Both the position numbers and the translations under genes were made by a program. From a virus: a DNA stretch of 64,000 bases. Under the pieces are notes generated by a model. The model saw only the letters and a list, made by a program, of their open reading frames with translations, was not told the DNA's origin and searched no databases. Shown one piece after another: positions 34,541-43,154 of this stretch. Position 1 is the first letter of the stretch. The number at the start of each line of letters is the position of its first letter. The stretch is taken from positions 1-64,000 of IMG/VR virus record IMGVR_UViG_3300002062_000001; one strand, 5' to 3'.

Positions 34541-34768
34541 ATGATGACCACAGACCAACACATTGCCCGCGCCCAGAAAAAAGTAGAAGCTGGGGTGATT
34601 AAGTGGACTGCGGTCGCTTCGCTTCTGCGGAATCGGATCATGCGTCTGGAAGAAATGATCCGCCCTTTGCCGGGATACGCTCAGCACGCCGGACACGCGG
34701 ACTACGTTGCCGAAAAAACCCGCCGGATCGACGAACTGAAGGCACTGAAAGCCCGGCACTCGAATTAA
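34541..34768 (+). CDS. hypothetical protein (75 aa)
   Basis: ATG at 34541 follows AAGGAA. First gene after P1. Confidence 0.5.
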   Translation: MMTTDQHIARAQKKVEAGVIKWTAVASLLRNRIMRLEEMIRPLPGYAQHAGHADYVAEKTRRIDELKALKARHSN

Positions 34769-34818
34769 GATAAACGGCGCGCCACCCGGCGCGTCGCCAA
34801 CTTCAAAGGAATGCCCTG

Positions 34819-34995
34819 ATGCCCAATGATCCAGAACCTTACGACGCCTTGGCGCGCGCGATGATGGCCACCCGTCCAGAATTGGATACCGGCGTGGACC
34901 TTTACGAGTGGCTGGCCAGCAACCGCGAAGGCTTGTCCCGCGCTGAACTGGTCGCCGCCGAAGCGATCCTGATGCTTCACGAAGAGAAAGTCTGA
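34819..34995 (+). CDS. hypothetical protein (58 aa, below the ORF-track cutoff)
   Basis: Hand translation: MPNDPEPYDALARAMMATRPELDTGVDLYEWLASNREGLSRAELVAAEAILMLHEEKV*. AAGGAA lies 8 nt upstream. Confidence 0.4.
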   Translation: MPNDPEPYDALARAMMATRPELDTGVDLYEWLASNREGLSRAELVAAEAILMLHEEKV

Positions 34996-34998
34996 GCC

Positions 34999-35760
34999 AT
35001 GAAGCCTGTGAATCCACCCAAGACCATCCGCGATATGATCGCTTCCGGCGCGCTCTTCGTCGTCAACCACAGCGCAGGGAAAGACAGTCAGGCGATGACC
35101 GCGCATCTGGTCAATATCGGGATTCCGACATCGCAGATGCTGGTGATCCACGCCGATCTGGGCGAAGTCGAATGGGAAGGGAACATGGATCACATCCGGG
35201 CGACGATCCCTGAAGGCGTGCCGGTGATCGTCGCGAAGGCCACCAAGACCTTCTTCGATATGGTCGAACACCGGGGCATGTTCCCCAGCCCATCGCATCG
35301 CCAATGCACTAGCGACCTGAAGCGCGCGCCTATCGAACGGGAAGTCCGCCGCTACCTGAAAACCCACCCAGAATTCGGTGGGCAGGTCGTCAACTGCATG
35401 GGGATGCGCGGCGAAGAAAGCCCAGCGCGTGCCAAGAAATCTGCCCTGACGCGATCCGCCAAGAATTCCAAGGCTGGTCGCGAGTGGTGGGACTGGCTGC
35501 CCATCCACGACCTGACTGCAGACGATGTGTTCAGCATGATCGCCGCTGCTGGGCAAGAACCCCATTGGGCCTATGCCGCCGGGATGTCTCGCCTGTCCTG
35601 CTGCTTCTGCATCATGGCGTCGAAGTCCGATCTGACGACAGCCGCGCAGCTTCGCCCAGACCTTTATCGTCGATACGTCGAAACCGAAAAGCGTCTGGAC
35701 CACACGCTGAGTATGTCCCGGAAGCCGCTCGAGGAAATCACCGGCGTCCCGGCGACCTGA
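34999..35760 (+). CDS. PAPS reductase / DndC-like PP-loop ATPase family protein
   Basis: PP-loop VVNHSAGKDS (SGGKDS-type) and a C-terminal Cys cluster SRLSCCFC. Confidence 0.75.
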   Translation: MKPVNPPKTIRDMIASGALFVVNHSAGKDSQAMTAHLVNIGIPTSQMLVIHADLGEVEWEGNMDHIRATIPEGVPVIVAKATKTFFDMVEHRGMFPSPSHRQCTSDLKRAPIEREVRRYLKTHPEFGGQVVNCMGMRGEESPARAKKSALTRSAKNSKAGREWWDWLPIHDLTADDVFSMIAAAGQEPHWAYAAGMSRLSCCFCIMASKSDLTTAAQLRPDLYRRYVETEKRLDHTLSMSRKPLEEITGVPAT

Positions 35761-35798
35761 ACGACCACGAAGACTGAACCCATTGAAAGGATGCCCCA

Positions 35799-36068
35799 AT
35801 GCCAGAACCAACAACAGAAGCTGTTGAACTGTCGCAAGCCTTTTCGCGCAACATGCGGGAAAGCCTGACGGCAGACGAACTGGTGAAAGTCAACGAAAGA
35901 AACGCAACCCCAGAATATGCCGGTGCCTGCGCTTCGCACGACTTCTGTGATGCGAACGAACTGATGCTGAAGGCTTTGGCTGATGTTGGAAGGATCTTTG
36001 ACCAGAGCCAGACTGACCTGATGAATGCCGCATGGGACTTGTCCCGCGCCAATGGCTTCAAAAGCTAA
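35799..36068 (+). CDS. hypothetical protein (89 aa)
   Basis: ORF-track ORF, co-oriented with its neighbours. Confidence 0.5.
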   Translation: MPEPTTEAVELSQAFSRNMRESLTADELVKVNERNATPEYAGACASHDFCDANELMLKALADVGRIFDQSQTDLMNAAWDLSRANGFKS

Positions 36069-36091
36069 CCCACCAACTGAGGAATCGAGCA

Positions 36092-36367
36092 ATGAAAACG
36101 ACGATGACAATCATCGCGCTACTGCTGACCACCCTGCCTGCCAGCGCGCAGGACGTGCCCACGGAACAGAACATCGAAGCGCACCCAGAGCGCCTGAAGC
36201 GATGCGGGTACAAGCACACCACGACATCGCTGGGCTACACCTTCACGGAAGCGGTCTGCGTCTGGCAGGATCGCTACGGGAACGCCTTCCTGATCGCCGT
36301 TCCGGTGGTCTGCGATAGCGATTGCAGCCCTACCGGCACCCCGCGCATCACCGCCTTTTACGAGTAA
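36092..36367 (+). CDS. small secreted Cys-containing protein
   Basis: ATG at 36092 follows GAGGAA. Signal peptide MKTTMTIIALLLTTLPASA/QD. Confidence 0.55.
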   Translation: MKTTMTIIALLLTTLPASAQDVPTEQNIEAHPERLKRCGYKHTTTSLGYTFTEAVCVWQDRYGNAFLIAVPVVCDSDCSPTGTPRITAFYE

Positions 36368-36374
36368 GAAGCAC

Positions 36375-36656
36375 ATGCCCAAGATCACATACACCGACGC
36401 ACAAGAGCGCGCATCAGTGGAAGGGGCCAAGAACACGCGGCATCCGCCCAGCGCCCACGCTATGGACTGTCTGGCGCGTGCCGCGCACGACCCCTATCCC
36501 GCTCAGGAAATCAATTTCACCGTCAGGGACAAGCTGCTGGCGTTCGGGTACGCCCGAACAGAGCCGCGACCATCGCCCTACAAAACTCACAAGCCCGGAA
36601 CGACGGTGGACTATCTGGTCGTCACCGACGCTGGACGCCAAGCCCTGAAAGGATAG
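36375..36656 (+). CDS. hypothetical protein (93 aa)
   Basis: ORF-track ORF, co-oriented with its neighbours. Confidence 0.5.
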   Translation: MPKITYTDAQERASVEGAKNTRHPPSAHAMDCLARAAHDPYPAQEINFTVRDKLLAFGYARTEPRPSPYKTHKPGTTVDYLVVTDAGRQALKG

Positions 36657-36659
36657 GCC

Positions 36660-36854
36660 ATGAACATCCCCACAATGGAATTCCGCAACACTCTGGCGAA
36701 GCTGCTGCATCTGGATCGTCACGATCTGGTCAGCGCCGGGGTGCTGGACGACAGCAACGAAAGCGGCTGGACCCACTTCAGGGACGACCCGCTTCGCGGC
36801 GCGCTGAGGCTACCGGATGACAGGCTGAAAAAGCTGCTGGAACTGGTCCAATAA
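36660..36854 (+). CDS. hypothetical protein (64 aa)
   Basis: ORF-track ORF. Followed by the hairpin GCCCCGTCA-caaa-TGATGGGGC. Confidence 0.5.
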   Translation: MNIPTMEFRNTLAKLLHLDRHDLVSAGVLDDSNESGWTHFRDDPLRGALRLPDDRLKKLLELVQ

Positions 36855-36908
36855 AACACCGCCCCGTCACAAATGATGGGGCAGCACCCACCCTATAAGG
36901 AACTTTTC

Positions 36909-36960
36909 TCACATTTTTTGTGATTTGCCTATTGCGCTTTGCAGTGGTCAGGGTTATATC
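36909..36960 (+). promoter_or_regulatory. promoter/operator unit P2: TCACA-ttttt-TGTGA palindrome, then TTGCGC-N17-TATATC
   Basis: Palindrome at 36909-36923, -35 at 36932-36937 and -10 at 36955-36960. The 8-nt gap between palindrome and -35 is identical to P1. Confidence 0.5.
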
Positions 36961-36999
36961 CTCTTTATCAGAGAGACACAGACACCCGGAGACGCCGCC

Positions 37000-37173
37000 A
37001 TGAAAAACTTCACCGCATTGGAAGCCCTCGCAATCATCGCCGGTGGCGACGCTGACTTGTTCGTTACCGCTGAACTGGCTGGCCTTCAGAGCGAAATCGA
37101 AGCTATCCCGCCGCACCGCGAACTGACTGGTTCGATCTGGGACCGCTTCACCGAAGCATTCATGGCTGGTTAA
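37000..37173 (+). CDS. hypothetical small acidic protein (57 aa)
   Basis: ATG at 37000 follows GGAGA. First gene after P2. Confidence 0.45.
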   Translation: MKNFTALEALAIIAGGDADLFVTAELAGLQSEIEAIPPHRELTGSIWDRFTEAFMAG

Positions 37174-37208
37174 TCCAGCCCACCACACACCTGACCGGAG
37201 ACATCACC

Positions 37209-37523
37209 ATGACCGCATTCGAAGCAAATCGCACCTACTTCCAGCGCAGCATCTGCGACCACGACACGATCTTCAAGATCACCGTCGTCCGTCGCACCGC
37301 CAAGACCATCTGGACGGAATGCGGCAAGACCCTTCGGATCAGCGTCTATAACGGCGTTGAACAGGTCAAGCCCTTCGGCACCTATAGCATGTGTACCATC
37401 ATCGGTGCCGACAAGGTGCTGGACGACACGCCAGCAGCCCCAGAACCGGCTGCTGAGCCTGCCCCGGCGTTGCCTAGCAATGTCATCGACTTCGCGGCTG
37501 CTCGAGCCGCACGCGCCGCGTAA
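37209..37523 (+). CDS. hypothetical protein (104 aa)
   Basis: ORF-track ORF with a Pro/Ala-rich C-terminus. Confidence 0.5.
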   Translation: MTAFEANRTYFQRSICDHDTIFKITVVRRTAKTIWTECGKTLRISVYNGVEQVKPFGTYSMCTIIGADKVLDDTPAAPEPAAEPAPALPSNVIDFAAARAARAA

Positions 37524-37549
37524 GCGGCACCCACCCACCAGTCAAAGGA

Positions 37550-37969
37550 ATGCCCACCATGACGAAATCACCGAACCCCATCGACATCCACGCTGGCAGC
37601 CGCGTCAGGTTGCGCCGGATGATGATCGGAATGTCCCAAGAGCGCCTTGGGGAGAAACTGAACCTGACGTTCCAGCAGGTCCAGAAATACGAAAAAGGCT
37701 CGAACCGTATGGGTGCCAGCCGCCTGTTCACCATTGCCGCGATCTTGGATGTCCCTGTTCAGTTTTTCTTCGAAGACATGCCAGCCGACGCGCTGCCTGA
37801 TGGCATCGATCCAGCCCTGAGCGCAGACATTGAAGCCGGTGGCACCGACGACCTGATGGGGTTCGTCGCCAGTCACGAAGGTCTGAAGCTGAACCGTGCG
37901 TTCCGCAACATCAACGATCCCGCCGTCCGCAAGACGCTGGTCGATCATATCGAGGCTTTGGGCGAATGA
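37550..37969 (+). CDS. XRE-family helix-turn-helix transcriptional regulator
   Basis: Classic HTH_3 core: IGMSQERLGEKLNLTFQQVQKYEKGSNRM. Confidence 0.8.
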   Translation: MPTMTKSPNPIDIHAGSRVRLRRMMIGMSQERLGEKLNLTFQQVQKYEKGSNRMGASRLFTIAAILDVPVQFFFEDMPADALPDGIDPALSADIEAGGTDDLMGFVASHEGLKLNRAFRNINDPAVRKTLVDHIEALGE

Positions 37970-38223
37970 TGCCCCCCGCTGGACTGCCAGCCCACATCGA
38001 ACTGCTGATGCAGCAGACAAAGGAATCGCGCGCGGCTCGAGGGCTGAAGCGGACCTATGTTTGCCGCCAGACAGGCGAGCCGTTCGATATGTATCACGCG
38101 ACACAGGCACAAGCCGACTTCAAGGACGCCCAGCACGCGGCATTCGACGCCCACGGCGCTTCCGAGAACTGGCCCGATGATGTTCGCAAGAACGTCAAGC
38201 GGCTCTGGGAAGCCCAGCGATGA
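37966..38223 (+). CDS. hypothetical protein (85 aa)
   Basis: Overlaps the upstream stop. Co-oriented with its neighbours. Confidence 0.45.
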   Translation: MMPPAGLPAHIELLMQQTKESRAARGLKRTYVCRQTGEPFDMYHATQAQADFKDAQHAAFDAHGASENWPDDVRKNVKRLWEAQR

Positions 38224-38486
38224 CCGTGCTGGCGATCACAGACGACTACTTCGTGGAATTCGACTGCGGCATCTTCACTGTGTCCAGATACACGGATGGC
38301 CACTGTCTGATGATCCGGGCCAAGGGCGTCGCCGGGGATTTCCGGGACGCCATGAAAAAGAAGGGCGCGGACCACGCGATCACGCTCTTCAAAAACATCG
38401 CCATTGCAACCGGCGCGCAATGGGAACCGCTCTACAAGCCGGACATGATGCCCCGCACGATGGAAGAAGCGCGGCTAGACACCTGA
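38220..38486 (+). CDS. hypothetical protein (88 aa)
   Basis: Overlaps the upstream stop. Co-oriented with its neighbours. Confidence 0.5.
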   Translation: MTVLAITDDYFVEFDCGIFTVSRYTDGHCLMIRAKGVAGDFRDAMKKKGADHAITLFKNIAIATGAQWEPLYKPDMMPRTMEEARLDT

Positions 38487-38497
38487 AAGGATACCCT

Positions 38498-38761
38498 ATG
38501 ACTATCGGAGACATCAGGATCAGAATCGAGAACGCCAGCAAGATGCAAGGCAGCATCGCATGGCAAACAACTGGCCCGAAAAACACCAACATCGAACGCC
38601 ACGGAATGCTGATGTTCGGCGCGACGCTGGTTTATGTTCAGACCTTCGAAGGTGGCGGCTGGGAAGCGTTCATCACCGCCAGCAGATCAAACGAAGTCAC
38701 CGCGACGTTCAAGGCGATCATCGCGCGTGTCGAAGACGACGAATCCGTGGGTGCATCGTGA
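38498..38761 (+). CDS. hypothetical protein (87 aa)
   Basis: An internal ATG at 38498 follows AAAGGA. Confidence 0.5.
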   Translation: MTIGDIRIRIENASKMQGSIAWQTTGPKNTNIERHGMLMFGATLVYVQTFEGGGWEAFITASRSNEVTATFKAIIARVEDDESVGAS

Positions 38762-39006
38762 CCGCCTTCATCGGGTACATGGGCGACAACGACGACAACA
38801 TGACGCCCGTCGCTGCTGATGTGACCCGTGAAGCCTGCTTCAGCCGCACACCGAACCGCATCGTGGAAATCTGCGAAGGCGACTGGTGGTCGCTATCCAT
38901 GACCCAGATGGCGGTTTGCGAACGCAACATCACCCGAGAACAGGCGGCTGAACTGGACGCACTGATCGACAAGCACCTGAAAACGAAAGGCCAGACCGAT
39001 GTCTGA
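38758..39006 (+). CDS. hypothetical protein (82 aa)
   Basis: A GTG at 38758 overlaps the upstream TGA. The ORF-track frame is 38560-39006. Confidence 0.4.
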   Translation: MTAFIGYMGDNDDNMTPVAADVTREACFSRTPNRIVEICEGDWWSLSMTQMAVCERNITREQAAELDALIDKHLKTKGQTDV

Positions 39007-39409
39007 AGACAAAGAAACCAAGCCACATCGCCCAGAAGTCAAAGCTGAACCCTTCGACCGCGAAAACATGGCCCCACGCATCGTGGGCCTTTGTCTGATC
39101 GCGGTCCTGCCCTTCGCCGCCAGTGGCGGCATGGGCGACAACTTAGCAATTCTCGGAACCGCTCTGCTGTACTTCCTGACTTGGATCATGGCGACCCGGA
39201 CGGGTCAGTTATTCAGCGGTTCTGGGGATGTGCAGACCGGAACCCCGGTGATGTTACACTGGATGAAGTTCTTCGCGCTGATGCCGATGGTATATTTCGG
39301 CTACTGGTTCCCGTTTCTGGTGTTCAGCTTCACCAGCATTCAGGTCGCGCTGATCGTCGCCGCACACAGCGCAGCCGATAAATATGAGGCTGCGAACGAT
39401 GACGGGTGA
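38999..39409 (+). CDS. integral membrane protein
   Basis: About four hydrophobic segments. Confidence 0.5.
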   Translation: MSEDKETKPHRPEVKAEPFDRENMAPRIVGLCLIAVLPFAASGGMGDNLAILGTALLYFLTWIMATRTGQLFSGSGDVQTGTPVMLHWMKFFALMPMVYFGYWFPFLVFSFTSIQVALIVAAHSAADKYEAANDDG

Positions 39410-39647
39410 ACAGTTCTGCCAGTGGCTCGAGGCGATGCGAGCCGCGGGAAAGATCGACAAAGACAAGGACGTTGTGCCGTTGCTTGGCGTCCACCAGAAC
39501 AGCCTGACAAACCTTAAACAGAAGGGCGGCGACCGGCGGCTGTCTTTGGCGTGTCAGTGCCTGTTCCGGGGTCTTCCAGCGTGGGGTGATCCTTTGGAGT
39601 ATCCAGCCGGACCAGATAGTCTGGAAGAGGCTCAAACACCCGATTGA
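39399..39647 (+). CDS. small HTH-like (Cro-like) protein
   Basis: MTGEQFCQWLEAMRAAGKIDKDKDVVPLLGVHQNSLTNLKQKG resembles a short HTH. Its 3' end overlaps the convergent gene. Confidence 0.4.
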   Translation: MTGEQFCQWLEAMRAAGKIDKDKDVVPLLGVHQNSLTNLKQKGGDRRLSLACQCLFRGLPAWGDPLEYPAGPDSLEEAQTPD

Positions 39648-40263
39648 ATTCCTCGATACCGAAGGCGATCTTCAGCCGCATCACGGACCAGCCGAAAGCC
39701 TGATTGACGGCGAACAGCGTGTCCGATCTGCATCCCCAGCGGTGCTGGGCCAAGATTTCCTTCGGCTTCACCCATCGGACCCCCACATCGTTCAGGATCG
39801 TCAAGACCGGCATCGGCCGGCGCGTCTTGCTGACCTTCTTCGACGGGTGCTGGACATAGACCCCGCGCAGGAACGACAGAACCCGACGCAATTCAGCGGC
39901 ATCTGCCACCCGCTGCGTCACCCCGCCGTCGCTCAGCTTCCCCCCATCGACCGGCGAATCCAGTTCGACTGCTGAGATAGCGCCCATCTTTTCGCCCAGA
40001 TGGATGTAGCGATCCAGAGCGTGCCCACCGCCCAGCGACAGCATTTTGATGACTGCAGGCTGGCGATTCCTGCTGACGTTCATCAGCTTGATCGCGACCT
40101 TTCCCTTGCCGACTTCGACCGGCACCGGGACATAGGTGGATTCTTGTTCGGGCCTGCCTCGAGCGTCTGGGCCGGGGTCGCCCCCGTGATTTAGCACCGG
40201 AAGGGGTGCCGGTTCGGTCACATCTTCGGTCGTGTCAGTGGACCGTTTCCGGCTGTTCGTCAT
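39514..40263 (-). CDS. hypothetical protein (249 aa), last gene of the leftward early operon
   Basis: ORF-track ORF overlapping the SNF2 gene stop. No family recognised. Confidence 0.5.
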   Translation of the reverse strand: MTNSRKRSTDTTEDVTEPAPLPVLNHGGDPGPDARGRPEQESTYVPVPVEVGKGKVAIKLMNVSRNRQPAVIKMLSLGGGHALDRYIHLGEKMGAISAVELDSPVDGGKLSDGGVTQRVADAAELRRVLSFLRGVYVQHPSKKVSKTRRPMPVLTILNDVGVRWVKPKEILAQHRWGCRSDTLFAVNQAFGWSVMRLKIAFGIEEFNRVFEPLPDYLVRLDTPKDHPTLEDPGTGTDTPKTAAGRRPSV

Positions 40264-41935
40264 CCTTAGCTTCCCTGCTCAAAACGGATTGCGCCAGCAT
40301 TTTTACCCGGCTTTCATCGCGATGTTGTTCCGGCAACGCTTGACCTGGGTCATTAATTCCGCGCGCCTGATCTGCCTTAATCCCATTTACTTCCATCAGC
40401 ACAGGGTCTGAACCCTCTTCAACGTATGGATAATATACGTTGACTTGTCGAGACTTTCCGCCCCGTCGAACCCGCCCGACGATCTGCTTATGAACTTGGG
40501 GCGACCAGTCGAATTCGCCCACCATCACGTCGTCGCAGTAGCGTTCCAGCCCATCGACCCCGGCACCTGAGCGCAGGGACAGCATCAGGATTCGCGCGTC
40601 GCCTTCGCAGAAGCGTTCAATGTTTCGGTTCTTCCGGGCTGTCGTTTCGGTGCCGGTGTACATCGCCGGATTGAAGTCGCTCAGCACTTCCTGCCAGATT
40701 TCCCACACTTCGCGATGCCACCCGGCAAGGATCAGCTTTTCGACCCCGCCGGTTTCCAGCAGCATCCGGGCATAAGCTGCGACCGCTCGAGACTTCGCGA
40801 CGCCGGTGGCCTGCCTCAGCTTGGCGTCCAGTTCGCGCGCTGCCATGCCGGACTGCTGAAATGATCCACTCAGCACCAGCTTCGCCAGTTCCTGCACATG
40901 CGCTGAATTTTCATGGAAGACACTGGCGTCCCACGGCACCGCCTGCATCACGACGTTGGGCGGTGGCATCGACTTATCGACATCGTGTTCAGTTCGGCGA
41001 AGCATCGCGTTGCACTCGCGAAGGTATTCACCCAGCGCGTCAGGATCTCTGACGATGCGCCCTTGGATGCACCATTCCCGGATGAATTCGTCCCACGTCC
41101 CCAAGATGCCGGGGTCCAGGTACTGCATCACATTCCAGATTTCGGACCCATAGTTATAGATCGGGGTCGCGGTCAGCCCCATCCGATACTGGCACATATC
41201 AGCGAGGACAGCGCACGCCGCGCCCTTGGCGGTTTCCGCGCCATGCCGGACTTCCTGCATTTCGTCGAAGAAGCACGACCGATAGCCAGCCCCCGCCATT
41301 GTGTCTGACCATCCGGCGATGTTCGAATAGCGAAAGATGGTCACATCTGGGGTGCCGTCTCGAGGATGGGGAAGCCGGGTGTCGATCACGCCACAAGACA
41401 GATCGGTGAATTGCTCAAGCCGCTTTTTCCATTGCTCTGCCAGATGCGGCTGGACGACGACCGCCGCCGGTAGCGTGTCTGGCGCGCCCATGCACATTGT
41501 CGCGAAGGATGAAATCGTCTTGCCCAGACCCACATCGTCTGCCAGCAGCAGCCGCCCTGTCGCCAGCGTCATCGCAGCTGCTTGGCTCTGATACAGCCAC
41601 GGCTCCATTCCATCCCGGAACCCGGACGCCCCGGACGGTCGCCAGCTTTCATCCGCCAAGATCGCGTCGATCACCTTTTCCTGATCGCGCATATCCCGGA
41701 CGCCGGACTTCAGACGGTTGTGGTGCTTCGTCTGCAGTGGCCAGCGTTCCATGAACCACAGCAGGTCGGCGCGAAGCGCAGGGCTGTCAGCCATCAGATG
41801 GACCGTCGCGCCGGTCTGGACGCGCGGGAACAGGCGCTTGAACATCATCGCGCAAGGTGGGGTCAGATCGCGCACCCGCCACAGCTTCCCATTGAATTCC
41901 AGTACCCCGTATTTTCTCACGGTCGAGAATTCCAA
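40235..41935 (-). CDS. SNF2/RAD54-family helicase-like ATPase
   Basis: Motif I LLADDVGLGKT, motif II FFDEMQEV, and a C-terminal helicase domain (...LSLRSGAGVDGL...QIVGRVRRGG). Confidence 0.85.
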   Translation of the reverse strand: MEFSTVRKYGVLEFNGKLWRVRDLTPPCAMMFKRLFPRVQTGATVHLMADSPALRADLLWFMERWPLQTKHHNRLKSGVRDMRDQEKVIDAILADESWRPSGASGFRDGMEPWLYQSQAAAMTLATGRLLLADDVGLGKTISSFATMCMGAPDTLPAAVVVQPHLAEQWKKRLEQFTDLSCGVIDTRLPHPRDGTPDVTIFRYSNIAGWSDTMAGAGYRSCFFDEMQEVRHGAETAKGAACAVLADMCQYRMGLTATPIYNYGSEIWNVMQYLDPGILGTWDEFIREWCIQGRIVRDPDALGEYLRECNAMLRRTEHDVDKSMPPPNVVMQAVPWDASVFHENSAHVQELAKLVLSGSFQQSGMAARELDAKLRQATGVAKSRAVAAYARMLLETGGVEKLILAGWHREVWEIWQEVLSDFNPAMYTGTETTARKNRNIERFCEGDARILMLSLRSGAGVDGLERYCDDVMVGEFDWSPQVHKQIVGRVRRGGKSRQVNVYYPYVEEGSDPVLMEVNGIKADQARGINDPGQALPEQHRDESRVKMLAQSVLSREAKDDEQPETVH

Positions 41936-42120
41936 CGCGCGATAGCGATTTCAGGCGTTTCCTGACCACATGGCCCCCACGCCTCGCAGTTATCGTTATC
42001 GCAGATCACTCCCCAGCACCCATCCACGCCACGTTCGCCTTCGATGTGAAGGTCAATGCCGCCGCAAAATGGGCAAGGAAGGCAACGCCCTTGTTCGATT
42101 TCAATTACTTCTGCAGTCAT
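41917..42120 (-). CDS. Lar-family restriction-alleviation-like protein
   Basis: Pattern CPFCGG...C...C.AWGP...EIAIARWNSRP, matching the Lar family pattern (CPFCG ... A..aWNrR). ATG at 42120 overlaps the downstream stop. Confidence 0.6.
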   Translation of the reverse strand: MTAEVIEIEQGRCLPCPFCGGIDLHIEGERGVDGCWGVICDNDNCEAWGPCGQETPEIAIARWNSRP

Positions 42121-42797
42121 AACCACCCCATTCCTACCGAAACCACTACGACCAGCACCCCGCCAATCTCGGCCGGCATAGACACCGCCTTCGCGCTGAC
42201 CAGCACCAGATTTTCCACTTCGTCGTGATCGGAGTAGCGCAGAAGCTGGCGGACGAAGCTGATCGGGCTGCCACTGATCTTGGCTTCGATCCCCACGGCA
42301 CCAGCCATGAAGTCGATCCGGTCACGCTTGGACAGGGCGACTTCGTGTTGATGATCGACCCCCGCGCCGGTCAGCGCGTCTGCGATCGACGAATGAAGCG
42401 CCGCTTCGGTGGATGCGGATAGCCGCGCGCCGGTCAGCGCCGCGACCACCCGTTCCAGATCACATTCCTCGCACGGACCTTTGGCCAGTTTCCCGCCCCT
42501 GATCGCGTTGCCCACCGCTGTCCGGGCCTTGTATCGGTCTGGATGCTTTTGGCGATGGCGCTTCTGGTATTCGGGATATTTCCCTTCCGCTCGAGCCTTC
42601 AAGACGCAGGATTTCGCGTGATCGCGACGTTCTTCCGAATCCGCATATCGCTTGCGATCAAAAGCCCGATAGTAATCGACCTTTTCGGCGCGGTTCTTCC
42701 GAACGCGCGCCTTGATGCAGTCTTTGCATCGATTTGGGTCGGACTTGTAGGTGTTGCCCGTTGACAAGCCGCACCCGCAAACCTTACACGTTTTCAT
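42117..42797 (-). CDS. Zn-ribbon protein with possible PD-(D/E)xK nuclease-like C-terminal domain
   Basis: N-terminus CKVCGC...CKDC. C-terminal ...HEVALSKRDRIDFMAGAVGIEAKISG looks like a D...(D/E)xK pattern. The call is tentative. Confidence 0.4.
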   Translation of the reverse strand: MKTCKVCGCGLSTGNTYKSDPNRCKDCIKARVRKNRAEKVDYYRAFDRKRYADSEERRDHAKSCVLKARAEGKYPEYQKRHRQKHPDRYKARTAVGNAIRGGKLAKGPCEECDLERVVAALTGARLSASTEAALHSSIADALTGAGVDHQHEVALSKRDRIDFMAGAVGIEAKISGSPISFVRQLLRYSDHDEVENLVLVSAKAVSMPAEIGGVLVVVVSVGMGWL

Positions 42798-42813
42798 GCC
42801 CTAAGTCCTTGTA

Positions 42814-43151
42814 CTAGAAAGGAATCTCGTCATCTAGGTCTTGCCCGAACCCGCCGCCGTCTTGGCTGCTGTCTGATCCACCATCCACTTCCGGGTTTCA
42901 AGCTGCCCTTCGATGTACACCTTCGATCCTTTTCGAAGGTATCTTTCCGCGACGCCCACCAGCCCTTCGTTGAAGATCGACACCCGATGCCATTCGGTGC
43001 GTTCCTTCTTTTCGCCGGTGTTCTTGTCCTTCCACGTCTCGGATGTCGCGATGTTCAGATTGCAGACCTTGCCGCCGTTGGCGAACGTGCGGACTTCAGG
43101 ATCACGGCTCAAGTTTCCGATAAGGATCACTTTGTTGACGCTACCAGCCAT
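42814..43151 (-). pseudogene. ssb: single-stranded DNA-binding protein gene, internally deleted and frameshifted
   Basis: Frame 0 gives a host-like OB-fold N-terminus ([23 protein letters not shown]...GQLETRKW) and then stops at 42834. The canonical tail ...[23 protein letters not shown] is in the -1 frame and ends at 42814. Confidence 0.7.
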
Positions 43152-43154
43152 TTT

